From Thermoproteota archaeon (GTDB taxonomy: Archaea; Thermoproteota; Nitrososphaeria_A; Caldarchaeales; Calditenuaceae), in assembly GCA_030550235.1 (NCBI GenBank), contig JAUQPU010000005.1, positions 5,910 to 29,909 on the forward strand: a DNA stretch of 24,000 bases. The letters run 5' to 3'. Numbering within the stretch: position 1 is the stretch's first letter; each line of letters starts with the position of its first letter. The notes beneath the pieces were generated by a model that had not been told where the DNA came from, ran no database searches, and saw only the letters and a program-made list of their open reading frames with translations. The position numbers and the translations under genes are program-made. This document shows positions 16,457 to 24,000 of this stretch, in pieces.

Positions 16457-16891
16457 TTGGAAGGCGGAGAGGCTGCACAGAAGAGGCTCTACAAGTCGTC
16501 AAGGCATAAAATAGTCGCGGGAGTTCTTGGTGGGATAGCGGAATATCTAGGCGTTGACCCAAACATAATAAGACTAATCTTCATAGTTGTCTTGTTCTTG
16601 AATTTCTACGCGGCCTTGGCGCTATATGTCGCTGCAGCCATTCTACTGCCCTCTGAGAGTGAGAAGGGCGCTGCAAGGATGCCCATAGAGAGGGCTATAC
16701 TCGCTGTAGCGGCTACGATTATGGTCTTCATCGGTTTAAGCTTTATATCAAGCCTTGCAGAGGTGCAGAGAATCATAGCGCTTCTGGGATTTCTTACACC
16801 TGTGGTAGGGCTTGTTCTTCTGATAGCGGGCGCCGTGCTCCTCCTCACCGTGTTGAGGGAGCAGAGTAGACCTCGCGGCTCTGCTTCTTAA
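16457..16891 (+). CDS. PspC-domain membrane protein
   Basis: N-terminal 'LYKSSRHKIVAGVLGGIAEYLGVDPNIIRLIFIVVLFL' is the PspC-domain signature, followed by further TM helices. TTG start, with TATA-like GTTAATATC (16420-16428) ~30 nt upstream. The 3' end overlaps the convergent MFS gene by 47 nt. Confidence 0.85.
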   Translation: MEGGEAAQKRLYKSSRHKIVAGVLGGIAEYLGVDPNIIRLIFIVVLFLNFYAALALYVAAAILLPSESEKGAARMPIERAILAVAATIMVFIGLSFISSLAEVQRIIALLGFLTPVVGLVLLIAGAVLLLTVLREQSRPRGSAS

Positions 16892-18023
16892 GGGCGAGCC
16901 CAGCTAAAGCTACGGGTATCAGTGAGAAGAGGGCTGAGTATTGGAACATCTCTGAATAGGTTGTCGCCTCTGCTACACTGCCCCACAGATAACCACCTAT
17001 CACGCCCCCCACGCTGAAGGTCGCTCCATACAACCCCATGTATCCGCCTCGCATATCCTCAGGCACCAGCTCGGATGCATACGCAATGGAGACGACATAG
17101 AGGCCGCCGAAGGTTAAGCTGTTGAGAGTCTGTGCGAGTATTACAACATATCTGTCAGGCGAGAGGCCTGAGATTGCCAACCTGAATGGGAACGCTAAGA
17201 GGCAGAGCAGGAGTATAGGTCTTCTCCCGACCCTGTCTGAGAGACGGCCCAAATAAACCATCGCAGGGATCTCAGTCAAACCCATCAGAGCGAAAGCCGT
17301 TGAGACCTCGAGAGGCGACGCTCCGAGCGAGTTTATCATGTGGAGGGAGAGGAAATTCATAATAGCCGAGTTGGCCACGAAGGCAAGCGTCATAGTCAGA
17401 AGTAGAATACCCGGCGCCCCTTCTAAGAGGCTGAGAGCCCTCACACCAAGGCCACCAGCTCTTCTGGTCCGCGCAGACTCTGTGAGCCTATGGCAAGAAA
17501 GGACAGAGAGGCTGATTATGACCGACGCAAAAAGGAATATGCTCCTCAAACCGAGTATGCTTACCAATACTCCGCCGAGGAAGGTCCCAGGAATCCAGCC
17601 GATACTCCCACCAATCCTAATCGAACCGAAGCCGCTTCCCCGTGAGAGACCAGCCCTCTCCAGTGAGTCTATTGAATAGGCCGTGACTATCGTGTTTGAT
17701 GCACCCATACTCATCATGAGGAGCGTGAATATGGCCACCACGGATATGTGGCCGAGCTCTATCGATAGTAGAAGGTGTGAGATGGATGCGCCAAAGGTTG
17801 TTGCTATGAGTATCTTGAGCCTTCCAACCCTGTCCGACAGCCTTCCTATATAATATGAGAAAAATCCCGATGCGATGTTGCTTATCGAGAAGGCGAGTCC
17901 TATCTGGCTCGGTGTTAAGCCGCTCTTCTCGAGGACTACTGGAAAATAGGGGACAGCCATCCCCATGGCCAGGTAAAACATCAGATTCCAGAGACGCATC
18001 GCCGCAATGGGGTTTAAAGCCAA
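16845..18023 (-). CDS. MFS transporter (paralogue A of a pair)
   Basis: 12-TM-like protein with motif A 'GRLSDRVGRLKILI' and a second 'GRLSDRVGRRPILLL'. The ORF is open to GTG 18050. TTG 18023 gives 'MALNPIAAMRLWN', colinear with the paralogue's 'MPLSPIIVMWLWN', and is preceded by TATA-like rc(18051-18059)=CATAAATAG. Confidence 0.85.
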   Translation of the reverse strand: MALNPIAAMRLWNLMFYLAMGMAVPYFPVVLEKSGLTPSQIGLAFSISNIASGFFSYYIGRLSDRVGRLKILIATTFGASISHLLLSIELGHISVVAIFTLLMMSMGASNTIVTAYSIDSLERAGLSRGSGFGSIRIGGSIGWIPGTFLGGVLVSILGLRSIFLFASVIISLSVLSCHRLTESARTRRAGGLGVRALSLLEGAPGILLLTMTLAFVANSAIMNFLSLHMINSLGASPLEVSTAFALMGLTEIPAMVYLGRLSDRVGRRPILLLCLLAFPFRLAISGLSPDRYVVILAQTLNSLTFGGLYVVSIAYASELVPEDMRGGYMGLYGATFSVGGVIGGYLWGSVAEATTYSEMFQYSALFSLIPVALAGLALKKQSREVYSAPSTR

Positions 18024-18117
18024 CTCCTCATCTGAAACCAAACACTCCACTATTTATGATAAGGTTCAAAGACGCGGGCTCTGTCAAAAATTAAAATATG
18101 CCCGAGATAGAGTATCG

Positions 18118-18660
18118 TTGAGTTTGCGGCCATCAACCCTCCTACTGAGCGTCTTTCTAGCTGTTTCAGCCCTCTCTACAGGGCTCTGGCTCTACCTGAG
18201 TATCACAAAGCCGGCGGCCCCTTCGGTAGCCACTGAGGTTGCTCCCACCTTCAGAGCCGAGGAACAGACGGAGGGGATAGCCTTCAGCGCTGAGACGGTG
18301 GCCTCGTGGATTTCTGTGGCTTCATGGCTTGGTGTTGGCGCCACCCTCGCATACAAGGGTCTTGTGAGGCACATGTGGTCTAGGAGCATGTTTGATTACG
18401 CCGTCTTCAGGCTCATGGTGAAAATGAGGGGGGCATCTACAAGAGTCAGGATGTTAAGGAGCCTTGAAATGCCGATGAATAGGTATCAGCTTGCAAAGAC
18501 TCTAGGAATAGACTGGAAGACCGTAGATAGGAATATTGAGGTCTTGAAGAGCTATGGACTTATTCATGAGCAGGTAAGTGAGGGTGAAGAGAGGCTCTAC
18601 GTCCTGAGCCCCCAGGGGCAGCAGCTTCTAGAGCTCCTAGAGAAGCTCTCAGAGTCCTAA
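18118..18660 (+). CDS. membrane-anchored winged-helix (ArsR/MarR-like) transcriptional regulator
   Basis: The C-terminal ~90 aa, 'RVRMLRSLEMPMNRYQLAKTLGIDWKTVDRNIEVLKSYGLIHEQVSEGEERLYVLSPQGQQLLELL', is a wHTH. The N-terminus has two hydrophobic helices (LLLSVFLAVSALSTGLWLYLSI, VASWISVASWLGVGATLAY). The ORF is open from 18007, but TTG 18118 lies ~25 nt after the AT box AAAAATTAAAATAT (18086-18099). TTG 18124 is an alternative start. Confidence 0.65.
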   Translation: MSLRPSTLLLSVFLAVSALSTGLWLYLSITKPAAPSVATEVAPTFRAEEQTEGIAFSAETVASWISVASWLGVGATLAYKGLVRHMWSRSMFDYAVFRLMVKMRGASTRVRMLRSLEMPMNRYQLAKTLGIDWKTVDRNIEVLKSYGLIHEQVSEGEERLYVLSPQGQQLLELLEKLSES

Positions 18661-18695
18661 AGCCTTATTTCCCCGCGCCATTAAATCAGGTTGAT

Positions 18696-19832
18696 TTGAC
18701 CCTAGTAACGAGGTCGGCAGTGGTCGAGAAGTCAGGTCTTCTAAGACCCTATTCCTCCTCCAGGCCCATATCTGTAAGGGAGCTGGAGCTTATCGGCCCG
18801 TTTAAGAACGAGGTGCTAGTCAGGGTGGAGGCGGCGGGGCTCTGCCACTCGGACCTTGCAGTGATTGAGGGTGTGAGGAGGCCGCCGCTTCCTATTGTGC
18901 TGGGGCATGAGTGTGCGGGTATGGTTGTGGAGGTTGGAGAGGGTGTGGCTTCGCCTAAGAAGGGTGACAAGGTCGTCCTCTCTTTCGCCCAGAGCTGTGG
19001 TGAATGTCTCTATTGCCTCTCAGGGAGGCCAACGCTCTGCGACGCAGGCAGGGCCGCGAATAATGAAGGCAGGCTCGTGACTGGCGGGACACGGTTCAGG
19101 CTCGAGGGAAGGGAGATTCATCACCACCTCGGAGTATCCGCCTTCTCAGAATACATAGTAGTCCCATCCTCCTCAGCAATCCCGGTGAGCCCAGACCTCC
19201 CCATCGAGAGGCTCGCGCTCTTCGGATGCGCAATACCAACAGCGTTTGGAGCAGTAATGAATGCCGCAAGGGTTAGGCTTGGCTCGACAGTCGCTATCTT
19301 TGGATGTGGCGGCCTTGGCCTTAACCTTGTCCAAGCAGCGCGGATTGCTGGAGCGTCGCAGATAATCGCGGTGGATATTAGGGAGGATAAGCTGAGGAGG
19401 GCTGAGAAGCTGGGTGCCACGGATGCTGTTGACGCCTCAAGGTGTGACCCTGTCGCAGAGGTGAGGCGCTTGACAGGTGGACGCGGCGCCGATTACTGTT
19501 TTGAGGCTACAGGTAACACTAGGGTCATGCTCCAGGCATTCTTGGCCACGAAGAAGGGCGGGACAACCATCATACTGGGAGTTACATCCCCGGAGGATAA
19601 GGTTGAGCTACCCTCCTGGATGATAATGGGTGAAGAGAGATGCATCATAGGCTCATACATGGGCTCCATAGTCCCGCGAAGAGATATCCCACTCCTACTC
19701 AATCTCTACTCTCAGGGTAAAATAAGGCTCGACGAGGTCCTCACAGGCGAGATCAAACTCGAGGAGCTCAACGAGGGGCTTGACAGACTTGCAGACGGCA
19801 TAGCTGTAAGACAAATAGTTAGAATGCGATAG
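18696..19832 (+). CDS. Zn-dependent alcohol dehydrogenase, class-III-like (medium-chain dehydrogenase/reductase family)
   Basis: 'GLCHSDLAVIEG', 'VLGHECAGMVVEVGEGV', the structural-Zn block 'CGECLYCLSGRPTLC' and the Rossmann motif 'VAIFGCGGLGLNLVQAARIAGASQIIAVDI' all match. The overall pattern resembles class III / formaldehyde-dehydrogenase-type ADHs. Confidence 0.9.
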   Translation: MTLVTRSAVVEKSGLLRPYSSSRPISVRELELIGPFKNEVLVRVEAAGLCHSDLAVIEGVRRPPLPIVLGHECAGMVVEVGEGVASPKKGDKVVLSFAQSCGECLYCLSGRPTLCDAGRAANNEGRLVTGGTRFRLEGREIHHHLGVSAFSEYIVVPSSSAIPVSPDLPIERLALFGCAIPTAFGAVMNAARVRLGSTVAIFGCGGLGLNLVQAARIAGASQIIAVDIREDKLRRAEKLGATDAVDASRCDPVAEVRRLTGGRGADYCFEATGNTRVMLQAFLATKKGGTTIILGVTSPEDKVELPSWMIMGEERCIIGSYMGSIVPRRDIPLLLNLYSQGKIRLDEVLTGEIKLEELNEGLDRLADGIAVRQIVRMR

Positions 19833-19833
19833 T

Positions 19834-19848
19834 CCTAAACCTTTTAGG
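19834..19848. terminator. short hairpin with a T-run between the convergent ADH and MFS genes (candidate terminator)
   Basis: CCTAAA (19834-19839) / TTTAGG (19843-19848) forms a 6-bp stem with a 3-nt loop. It includes TTTT (19842-19845) and starts 2 nt after the ADH stop. The signal is weak. Confidence 0.3.
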
Positions 19849-19869
19849 GTCGGGAGACTATCCCTGTAG

Positions 19870-21054
19870 TTATGACCCCGTCGGGGATGCAGAGTAGACC
19901 TCGACGCGACGTTGCTTCATAAGAATGAGGCCTGATAGCGCGATGGGTACTAGGGAGAATATAGCGGTGTAGAGGAACATGCTGGCGTAGGATGTTGCCT
20001 CTGCCAGGCTGCCCCATAAATAACCGCCTATCACGCCCCCCATGCTGAAGGTTGCGCTATAAAGCCCCATATACGCCCCACGAGCGCTCTCGGAGACAAG
20101 TTCGGAAGCTTGGGCTATTGAAACTACGAAGAAGCCGCCGAATGTAAAGCTGCTGAGTGCCTGTGCGAGAATAATGCTTAGTCTATCTGGCGACAGGCCT
20201 ATAATTGTTAGCCTCAGTGGCCATACGGCCAGGCATAAGAGGAGGACTGGAGCTCTCCCAATCCTATCGGAGAGTTTTCCAAGATAGATCATCGCTGGTG
20301 TATCAGACAGGGCCATTAAGGCGAAGGCCACAGATATTTCGAGCGCTGAAGCGCCATGAGTGTTTATTAGATGTAGGGAGAGGAAGTTCATGATCGCTGA
20401 GTTGACCACCATGACCAATGTCACTATTATAAGAAATATGCCGGGCGACCCTCTTAACAAGCTTGAAGCCTTAACACTAGCTTCGCCTCTATTTTCAATC
20501 ATCCGCACTTCCTCTACCTCGATGCAGCTTAGGGCAGAGACGAAAATTACAATCGCGGCGGCAAAGAAAATCGAGCCAAGCCCCATCGCGCTGACCAGTA
20601 CCCCGCCGGAAAGAGTCCCTATTATGAAGCCGATGTTTCCACCAACCCTTATCCTTCCGAAGCCAATTCCACGCGAAAGCCCCGCATGTTCAAGCGCGTC
20701 TATCGAAAATGCTGTGAACAGGGCGTTTGCAGCACCTCCGCCCATCATGCCTAACGTGAAAAGAGCCACCGTGATCATGGGGTTAAATCCCACGGATAGG
20801 AGCATAAATGATATGGATGCAAGCAGCGTCGTTGAGATTAGAATCTTGAGTCGGCCGACGCGATCTGATAGCCTCCCCATATAGTATGAGAAGAGGCCTG
20901 AAGCTATGCTGCTAATCGTGAAGGCTAGGCCAATCTGGCTTGGCGTGAGGCCGCTCTCCTCTAGAAGCACGGGGAAGTATGGGGCGGTGAACCCCATGGC
21001 GAGGAAATACAACATGTTCCATAGCCACATAACGATTATGGGCGATAATGGCAA
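19870..21054 (-). CDS. MFS transporter (paralogue B of the pair)
   Basis: 394 aa, colinear with and highly similar to the 16845-18023 product. Example: 'YFPVLLEESGLTPSQIGLAFTISSIASGLFSYYMGRLSDRVGRLKILIS' against 'YFPVVLEKSGLTPSQIGLAFSISNIASGFFSYYIGRLSDRVGRLKILIA'. TTG start at 21054, with TATA-like rc(21078-21087)=CTTAAATTAT ~26 nt upstream. Confidence 0.85.
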   Translation of the reverse strand: MPLSPIIVMWLWNMLYFLAMGFTAPYFPVLLEESGLTPSQIGLAFTISSIASGLFSYYMGRLSDRVGRLKILISTTLLASISFMLLSVGFNPMITVALFTLGMMGGGAANALFTAFSIDALEHAGLSRGIGFGRIRVGGNIGFIIGTLSGGVLVSAMGLGSIFFAAAIVIFVSALSCIEVEEVRMIENRGEASVKASSLLRGSPGIFLIIVTLVMVVNSAIMNFLSLHLINTHGASALEISVAFALMALSDTPAMIYLGKLSDRIGRAPVLLLCLAVWPLRLTIIGLSPDRLSIILAQALSSFTFGGFFVVSIAQASELVSESARGAYMGLYSATFSMGGVIGGYLWGSLAEATSYASMFLYTAIFSLVPIALSGLILMKQRRVEVYSASPTGS

Positions 21055-21159
21055 TCCTAGCCGCCATTTGGGCTCTCCGATAATTTAAGTTTTGAGAGGG
21101 TTAGACAAGTCTCAGAAAAGCTGTAATACGCCGAAGCTTAAGTGTCGATACGAGGGGTG

Positions 21160-21789
21160 CTATTCTATAGGCATAACAGCCTTGCTCGGAATCTTAAACG
21201 GCCTCATCTTCGCCTCGTATTCCCGAATCTTCGCCTCATATCCTCTCAGCGTCTCTTCTATCTCATCAAGCCCCTCCAGCAGCCTCTTCTTCACGTTCGG
21301 CTCAAGCCTAAAGCTCATGGTCTCTCCGCCGGGCAGTTTTATCGTCTCGGACTCTACGTCTATGTCAAGCGTTAATTCCCCTTTGGCGGCCATGCCTCTA
21401 AGCCGCTTGACACTCTCCTCGTCAAGCTTGATGCATAGTAGCCCATTCTTCACGGAGTTTCCATAGAATATGTCGCCGAAGGAGGAGGCTATCACGCATT
21501 TGATACCAAAATCCATGAGAGCCCAGACTGCGTTCTCCCTAGAGGAGCCTATTCCAAAGTTTCTCCCAGCAACCAATATGACAGCGTCTCGATACTCTTC
21601 TTGGTCGAGTATGAAGCCCTGCTTCGGCCTCCCATCCTCATCAAACCTCCATCTGTAGAAGAGATACTTGCCTAGGCCCTTCCTCGAGAGAACCTTAAGG
21701 AACTGGGCTGGGATAATCTGGTCTGTATCGACATCATCCATCTCAAGAGGAGCGGCCTTCCCGACAATCCTTCTCACAGGCTCAGGCAC
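21160..21789 (-). CDS. leuD: 3-isopropylmalate dehydratase small subunit (LeuD-type; a homoaconitase role is not excluded)
   Basis: 209 aa. 'DVDTDQIIPAQFLK', 'GRNFGIGSSRENAVWALMDFGIKCVIASSFGDIFYGNSVKNGLL' and the 'EAKMRPF' end are colinear with my memory of enterobacterial LeuD. GTG start at 21789, preceded by a strong SD GGAGGTGGA inside the end of leuC. Confidence 0.9.
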   Translation of the reverse strand: MPEPVRRIVGKAAPLEMDDVDTDQIIPAQFLKVLSRKGLGKYLFYRWRFDEDGRPKQGFILDQEEYRDAVILVAGRNFGIGSSRENAVWALMDFGIKCVIASSFGDIFYGNSVKNGLLCIKLDEESVKRLRGMAAKGELTLDIDVESETIKLPGGETMSFRLEPNVKKRLLEGLDEIEETLRGYEAKIREYEAKMRPFKIPSKAVMPIE

Positions 21790-21792
21790 GCA

Positions 21793-23271
21793 TCATCCAC
21801 CTCCTAGAGGCTTAAGGATGTTCCGCTCTATCCAAGGAGAGACCCACTCGAGACCCAGCTCGTCGAGGCCTGCGAGACTGTATCTTCTCGGGTCTGCTAT
21901 CTTCCCCTCCAGTGCCGATGCAGCGGCCGTAAGAGGGCTGGCCAGGTGGACCCGGCTACCCGGCCCCGCCCTGTTCTCAAAGTTCCTATTACTCGTCAGC
22001 ACACCCCTCTCGCCAGGGCCCAGCCTATCCTCATTCATCGCTATACACATGCTGCAGCCGCTATTCCTCCACTCGAACCCTGCCTCGATGAATACCCTGT
22101 GTAGGCCCATCCTCTCCGCCCTCCTCTTAACAAGCATCGAGCCAGGGACTATCATGGCCCTAACACCCTGTGCAACCCTCCTTCCCTTAACAAGCCTCGC
22201 AACCATGACTAGGTCGGAGAGACGCGCATTTGTGCATGAACCGATGAAGACTACATCAATCGGCGTTCCCTCAATCCTCTGGCCTGGGCTCAGACCCATA
22301 TATTCGAGAGCCCTCTCAACTATCCTTCTCTGCGAGGAGTCGCCGAACTGACGGGGCTCAGGCACCGTCTCGCTCACGCCTATGCACATTGCGGGGTTTG
22401 TTCCCCAGGTGATCTGGGGCTCCAGCCTCGAAACGTCTAGCTTGTAGCTCTTGTCGAACCTCGCGCCGTCATCCGTTTTTAGGGTCTCCCAGTATTTCCT
22501 AGCCTCTGTCCAGTCTTCTCCTGATGGTGCGTATGGCGCGCCCTCTAGATAGCTATAGACCTTATCATCCGGCTCCACTATAGCCGTCCTCGCGCCACCC
22601 TCGATGGCCATGTTGCATATCGTCATCCTCTCCTCGACACTCATATTCTTCACAGCCTCGCCCCTAAACTCTGCCGCGTGCCCAATCATCCCTCCAGTCC
22701 CCAGCTCCCTGATAACATAGAGTATAGCATCCTTAGCAGATGTGTGGCTCTTGAATCTTCCCTCCATCCTGACTTCCATCTGCTTCGGCCTTCTCATCCA
22801 TACGGTCTGGGTGGCGAATACATGCTCACCCTCGCTTGTCCCGATGCCGAAGGCCAGCGCGCCTAGCGCGCCATGGGTGCTTGTGTGGCTGTCCCCACAG
22901 ACGATCGTTATGCCTGGGACTGTCAAGCCCAGCTCCGGGCCGACAACGTGCACTATCCCCTGCCAAGGGCTAAAGTAGTCGAACACTGTAATGGAGAATT
23001 CTCGCGCATTCTTAGCGAGTGTCCTCATCTGCTCTCGCGAGTTCTCATCCCTCACCGGAAGGGTCCTGTCAGATGTTGGGACGTTATGGTCCATCAGGGC
23101 GAAGGTGAGATCAGGCCTCCTCACCCTCCTCCCTCGAGCCCTAAGACCCTCAAAAGCAATCGGAGAAGTTACTTCATGCGTCAAGTGCCTGTCAACATAG
23201 AGTAGATACTCGTCACCACGCTTGGCAAGCGTGTGGTCCTCCCAAATCTTCTCTAAAACACTCTTCGCCAT
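21793..23271 (-). CDS. leuC: 3-isopropylmalate dehydratase large subunit (LeuC-type aconitase-family [4Fe-4S] dehydratase)
   Basis: 492 aa. 'MAKSVLEKIWEDH...LLYVDRHLTHEVTSPIAFEGLRA', 'VCGDSHTSTHGALGA', 'IGSCTNARLSD' and 'GCSMCIAMN' (cluster Cys ligands) are present. TATA-like rc(23301-23310)=AAGTTTATTA lies ~30-39 nt upstream of ATG 23271. Confidence 0.95.
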   Translation of the reverse strand: MAKSVLEKIWEDHTLAKRGDEYLLYVDRHLTHEVTSPIAFEGLRARGRRVRRPDLTFALMDHNVPTSDRTLPVRDENSREQMRTLAKNAREFSITVFDYFSPWQGIVHVVGPELGLTVPGITIVCGDSHTSTHGALGALAFGIGTSEGEHVFATQTVWMRRPKQMEVRMEGRFKSHTSAKDAILYVIRELGTGGMIGHAAEFRGEAVKNMSVEERMTICNMAIEGGARTAIVEPDDKVYSYLEGAPYAPSGEDWTEARKYWETLKTDDGARFDKSYKLDVSRLEPQITWGTNPAMCIGVSETVPEPRQFGDSSQRRIVERALEYMGLSPGQRIEGTPIDVVFIGSCTNARLSDLVMVARLVKGRRVAQGVRAMIVPGSMLVKRRAERMGLHRVFIEAGFEWRNSGCSMCIAMNEDRLGPGERGVLTSNRNFENRAGPGSRVHLASPLTAAASALEGKIADPRRYSLAGLDELGLEWVSPWIERNILKPLGGG

Positions 23272-23320
23272 ATTAACACCGAGTTATCTCAATTCATGAC
23301 TAATAAACTTCGTCTCAGCT

Positions 23321-23325
23321 AAAAA
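23321..23325 (-). terminator. T5 run (minus strand) after the TIM-barrel gene; candidate archaeal oligo-T terminator
   Basis: rc of GCTAAAAATTC gives GAATTTTTAGC, 28 nt downstream of the stop at 23353-23355 and just upstream of the leuC TATA-like box. Confidence 0.3.
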
Positions 23326-23352
23326 TTCTGGGAGTGTAGGGTCGGGTCCCTG

Positions 23353-24000
23353 CTAAAGGATCTTTTTTAGGTTTTCTAGGCAGCGTTTGACGGACTCGAG
23401 TGGAGGGTAGGGGTATGTCTCCTGCTCAACTATCAGCCACTCTGTGCCGCCGACATCCTGGCATGCGGCTAATACCGACCTGAACGGCACGTCGCCCTCG
23501 CCTAGAATCACAAACCCCCGTTTTTGGGAGTAGTCTTTGAGATGTATTGTCTGGGATCTATGGGGGTATCTATTTAATACCTCTACGAGTATTGAGGCCG
23601 GTATCCCTGCGCTTAGAGCATTTCCTGTGTCCAGCTGCATGAAGACCGAGCTGCCTGCGTTGTCGAAGAATATGTACCAAGGGTATTCGCCGTCGATTGG
23701 TGTGAATTCTTCGCGGTGGTTGTGGTATCCGATTCTGAAGCCTAGACCCGCCGCCCTCGCGGCTATCTCGCTTATCAGCTTAGCCGAGTTTATCCAGCCC
23801 TGCTTATCGGCCCGCATTTCTGGAGGGAGCCAGGGGACGACTATTGTATTATTCCCCAGCTCTCTATTGAACCTTAAGGTCTCTTCAAGCTGCTGCCCAC
23901 TCATCCTCTGGATTGACTCGTGGGCTCCTGCAATCTTCAGACCCAAATCTCTCAGTTTATCCCTAATCTCTCCGGCTGACTTCCCATAATAGCCGGCGAA
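23353..24000 (-). CDS. sugar phosphate isomerase/epimerase (xylose-isomerase-like TIM barrel, AP-endonuclease-2 family); the 5' end lies outside the window
   Basis: 'GYHNHREEF', 'DTGNALSAG', 'IHLKDY' and 'WLIVEQE' are typical metal-binding strands of this fold. The reading frame stays open from 23946 to the window end (…FAGYYGKSAGEIRDKLRDLGLKIAGAH…), so the gene is truncated by the window edge. Confidence 0.8.
   Translation of the reverse strand, partial: FAGYYGKSAGEIRDKLRDLGLKIAGAHESIQRMSGQQLEETLRFNRELGNNTIVVPWLPPEMRADKQGWINSAKLISEIAARAAGLGFRIGYHNHREEFTPIDGEYPWYIFFDNAGSSVFMQLDTGNALSAGIPASILVEVLNRYPHRSQTIHLKDYSQKRGFVILGEGDVPFRSVLAACQDVGGTEWLIVEQETYPYPPLESVKRCLENLKKIL

Noticed and set aside
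16845-16891. The 47-nt convergent overlap between the 3' ends of the PspC-domain gene and MFS paralogue A.
   Set aside because: Both C-termini look genuine; the MFS tail is conserved in the paralogue. Short convergent overlaps are common in compact archaeal genomes, and there is no evidence of a special function.
18007-18117. An apparent 44-nt head-to-head overlap of the wHTH ORF (from ATG 18007) with the MFS ORF (from GTG 18050).
   Set aside because: Comparison with the paralogue's N-terminus supports TTG 18023 for the MFS gene, and the AT box at 18086-18099 supports TTG 18118 for the regulator. The overlap comes from taking the longest ORFs.
20360-22351. Long antisense ORFs: 20360-20884 (174 aa), 21092-21466 (124 aa) and 21668-22351 (227 aa). 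Similar ones occur at 3157-3501, 17338-17679 and 23537-23989.
   Set aside because: Each is fully embedded antisense to a CDS with strong family signatures (MFS, LeuD, LeuC, PAC2, TIM barrel). Their products are low-complexity Ser/Pro/Arg-rich with no recognisable motifs. They are shadow ORFs.

Overview
This window reads as ordinary chromosome of a (hyper)thermophilic archaeon, probably Thermoproteota/TACK-like. Supporting signs are an archaeal AglB oligosaccharyltransferase, a PAC2/Pba-type proteasome-assembly-chaperone homologue, and AT-rich TATA-like boxes about 25-35 nt upstream of most first genes, which implies near-leaderless starts. A very GC-rich 23S rRNA gene lies on the minus strand at about 8218-12056. 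It is interrupted by a ~764-nt AT-richer intron (9231-9994) encoding a single-motif LAGLIDADG homing endonuclease. It is bracketed by a long processing stem and has its own TATA box immediately after the stop codon of the upstream protein gene. No 16S gene occurs anywhere in the window. About 20 protein genes are supported: a RecA-like ATPase fragment, AglB, PAC2, a CysA-type rhodanese, a GcvH-like/TusA-like fusion, a tandem PHI-like SIS protein, three MFS transporters (two are close paralogues), a homocitrate/isopropylmalate-synthase-family enzyme with a C-terminal RAM domain, a MEMO/AmmeMemoRadiSam-B protein, a tandem ThyX-like protein, a PspC-domain protein, a membrane-anchored wHTH regulator, a class-III-like Zn alcohol dehydrogenase, bacterial-length LeuC/LeuD and a xylose-isomerase-like TIM-barrel protein. 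I found no recognisable defence system. The items most worth a second look are: (i) the rhodanese followed by a lysine-less GcvH-like::TusA-like fusion, possibly with the tandem SIS protein, as a candidate undescribed sulfur-relay module; (ii) a 463-aa internally duplicated ThyX-like protein whose two halves have lost complementary parts of the ThyX signature and which gained a C-terminal Cys cluster; (iii) the stand-alone, intron-bearing 23S rRNA unit. I saw no CRISPR array, tRNA gene, transposase/integrase or known defence genes. All homology statements are by-eye motif recognition, not database searches.
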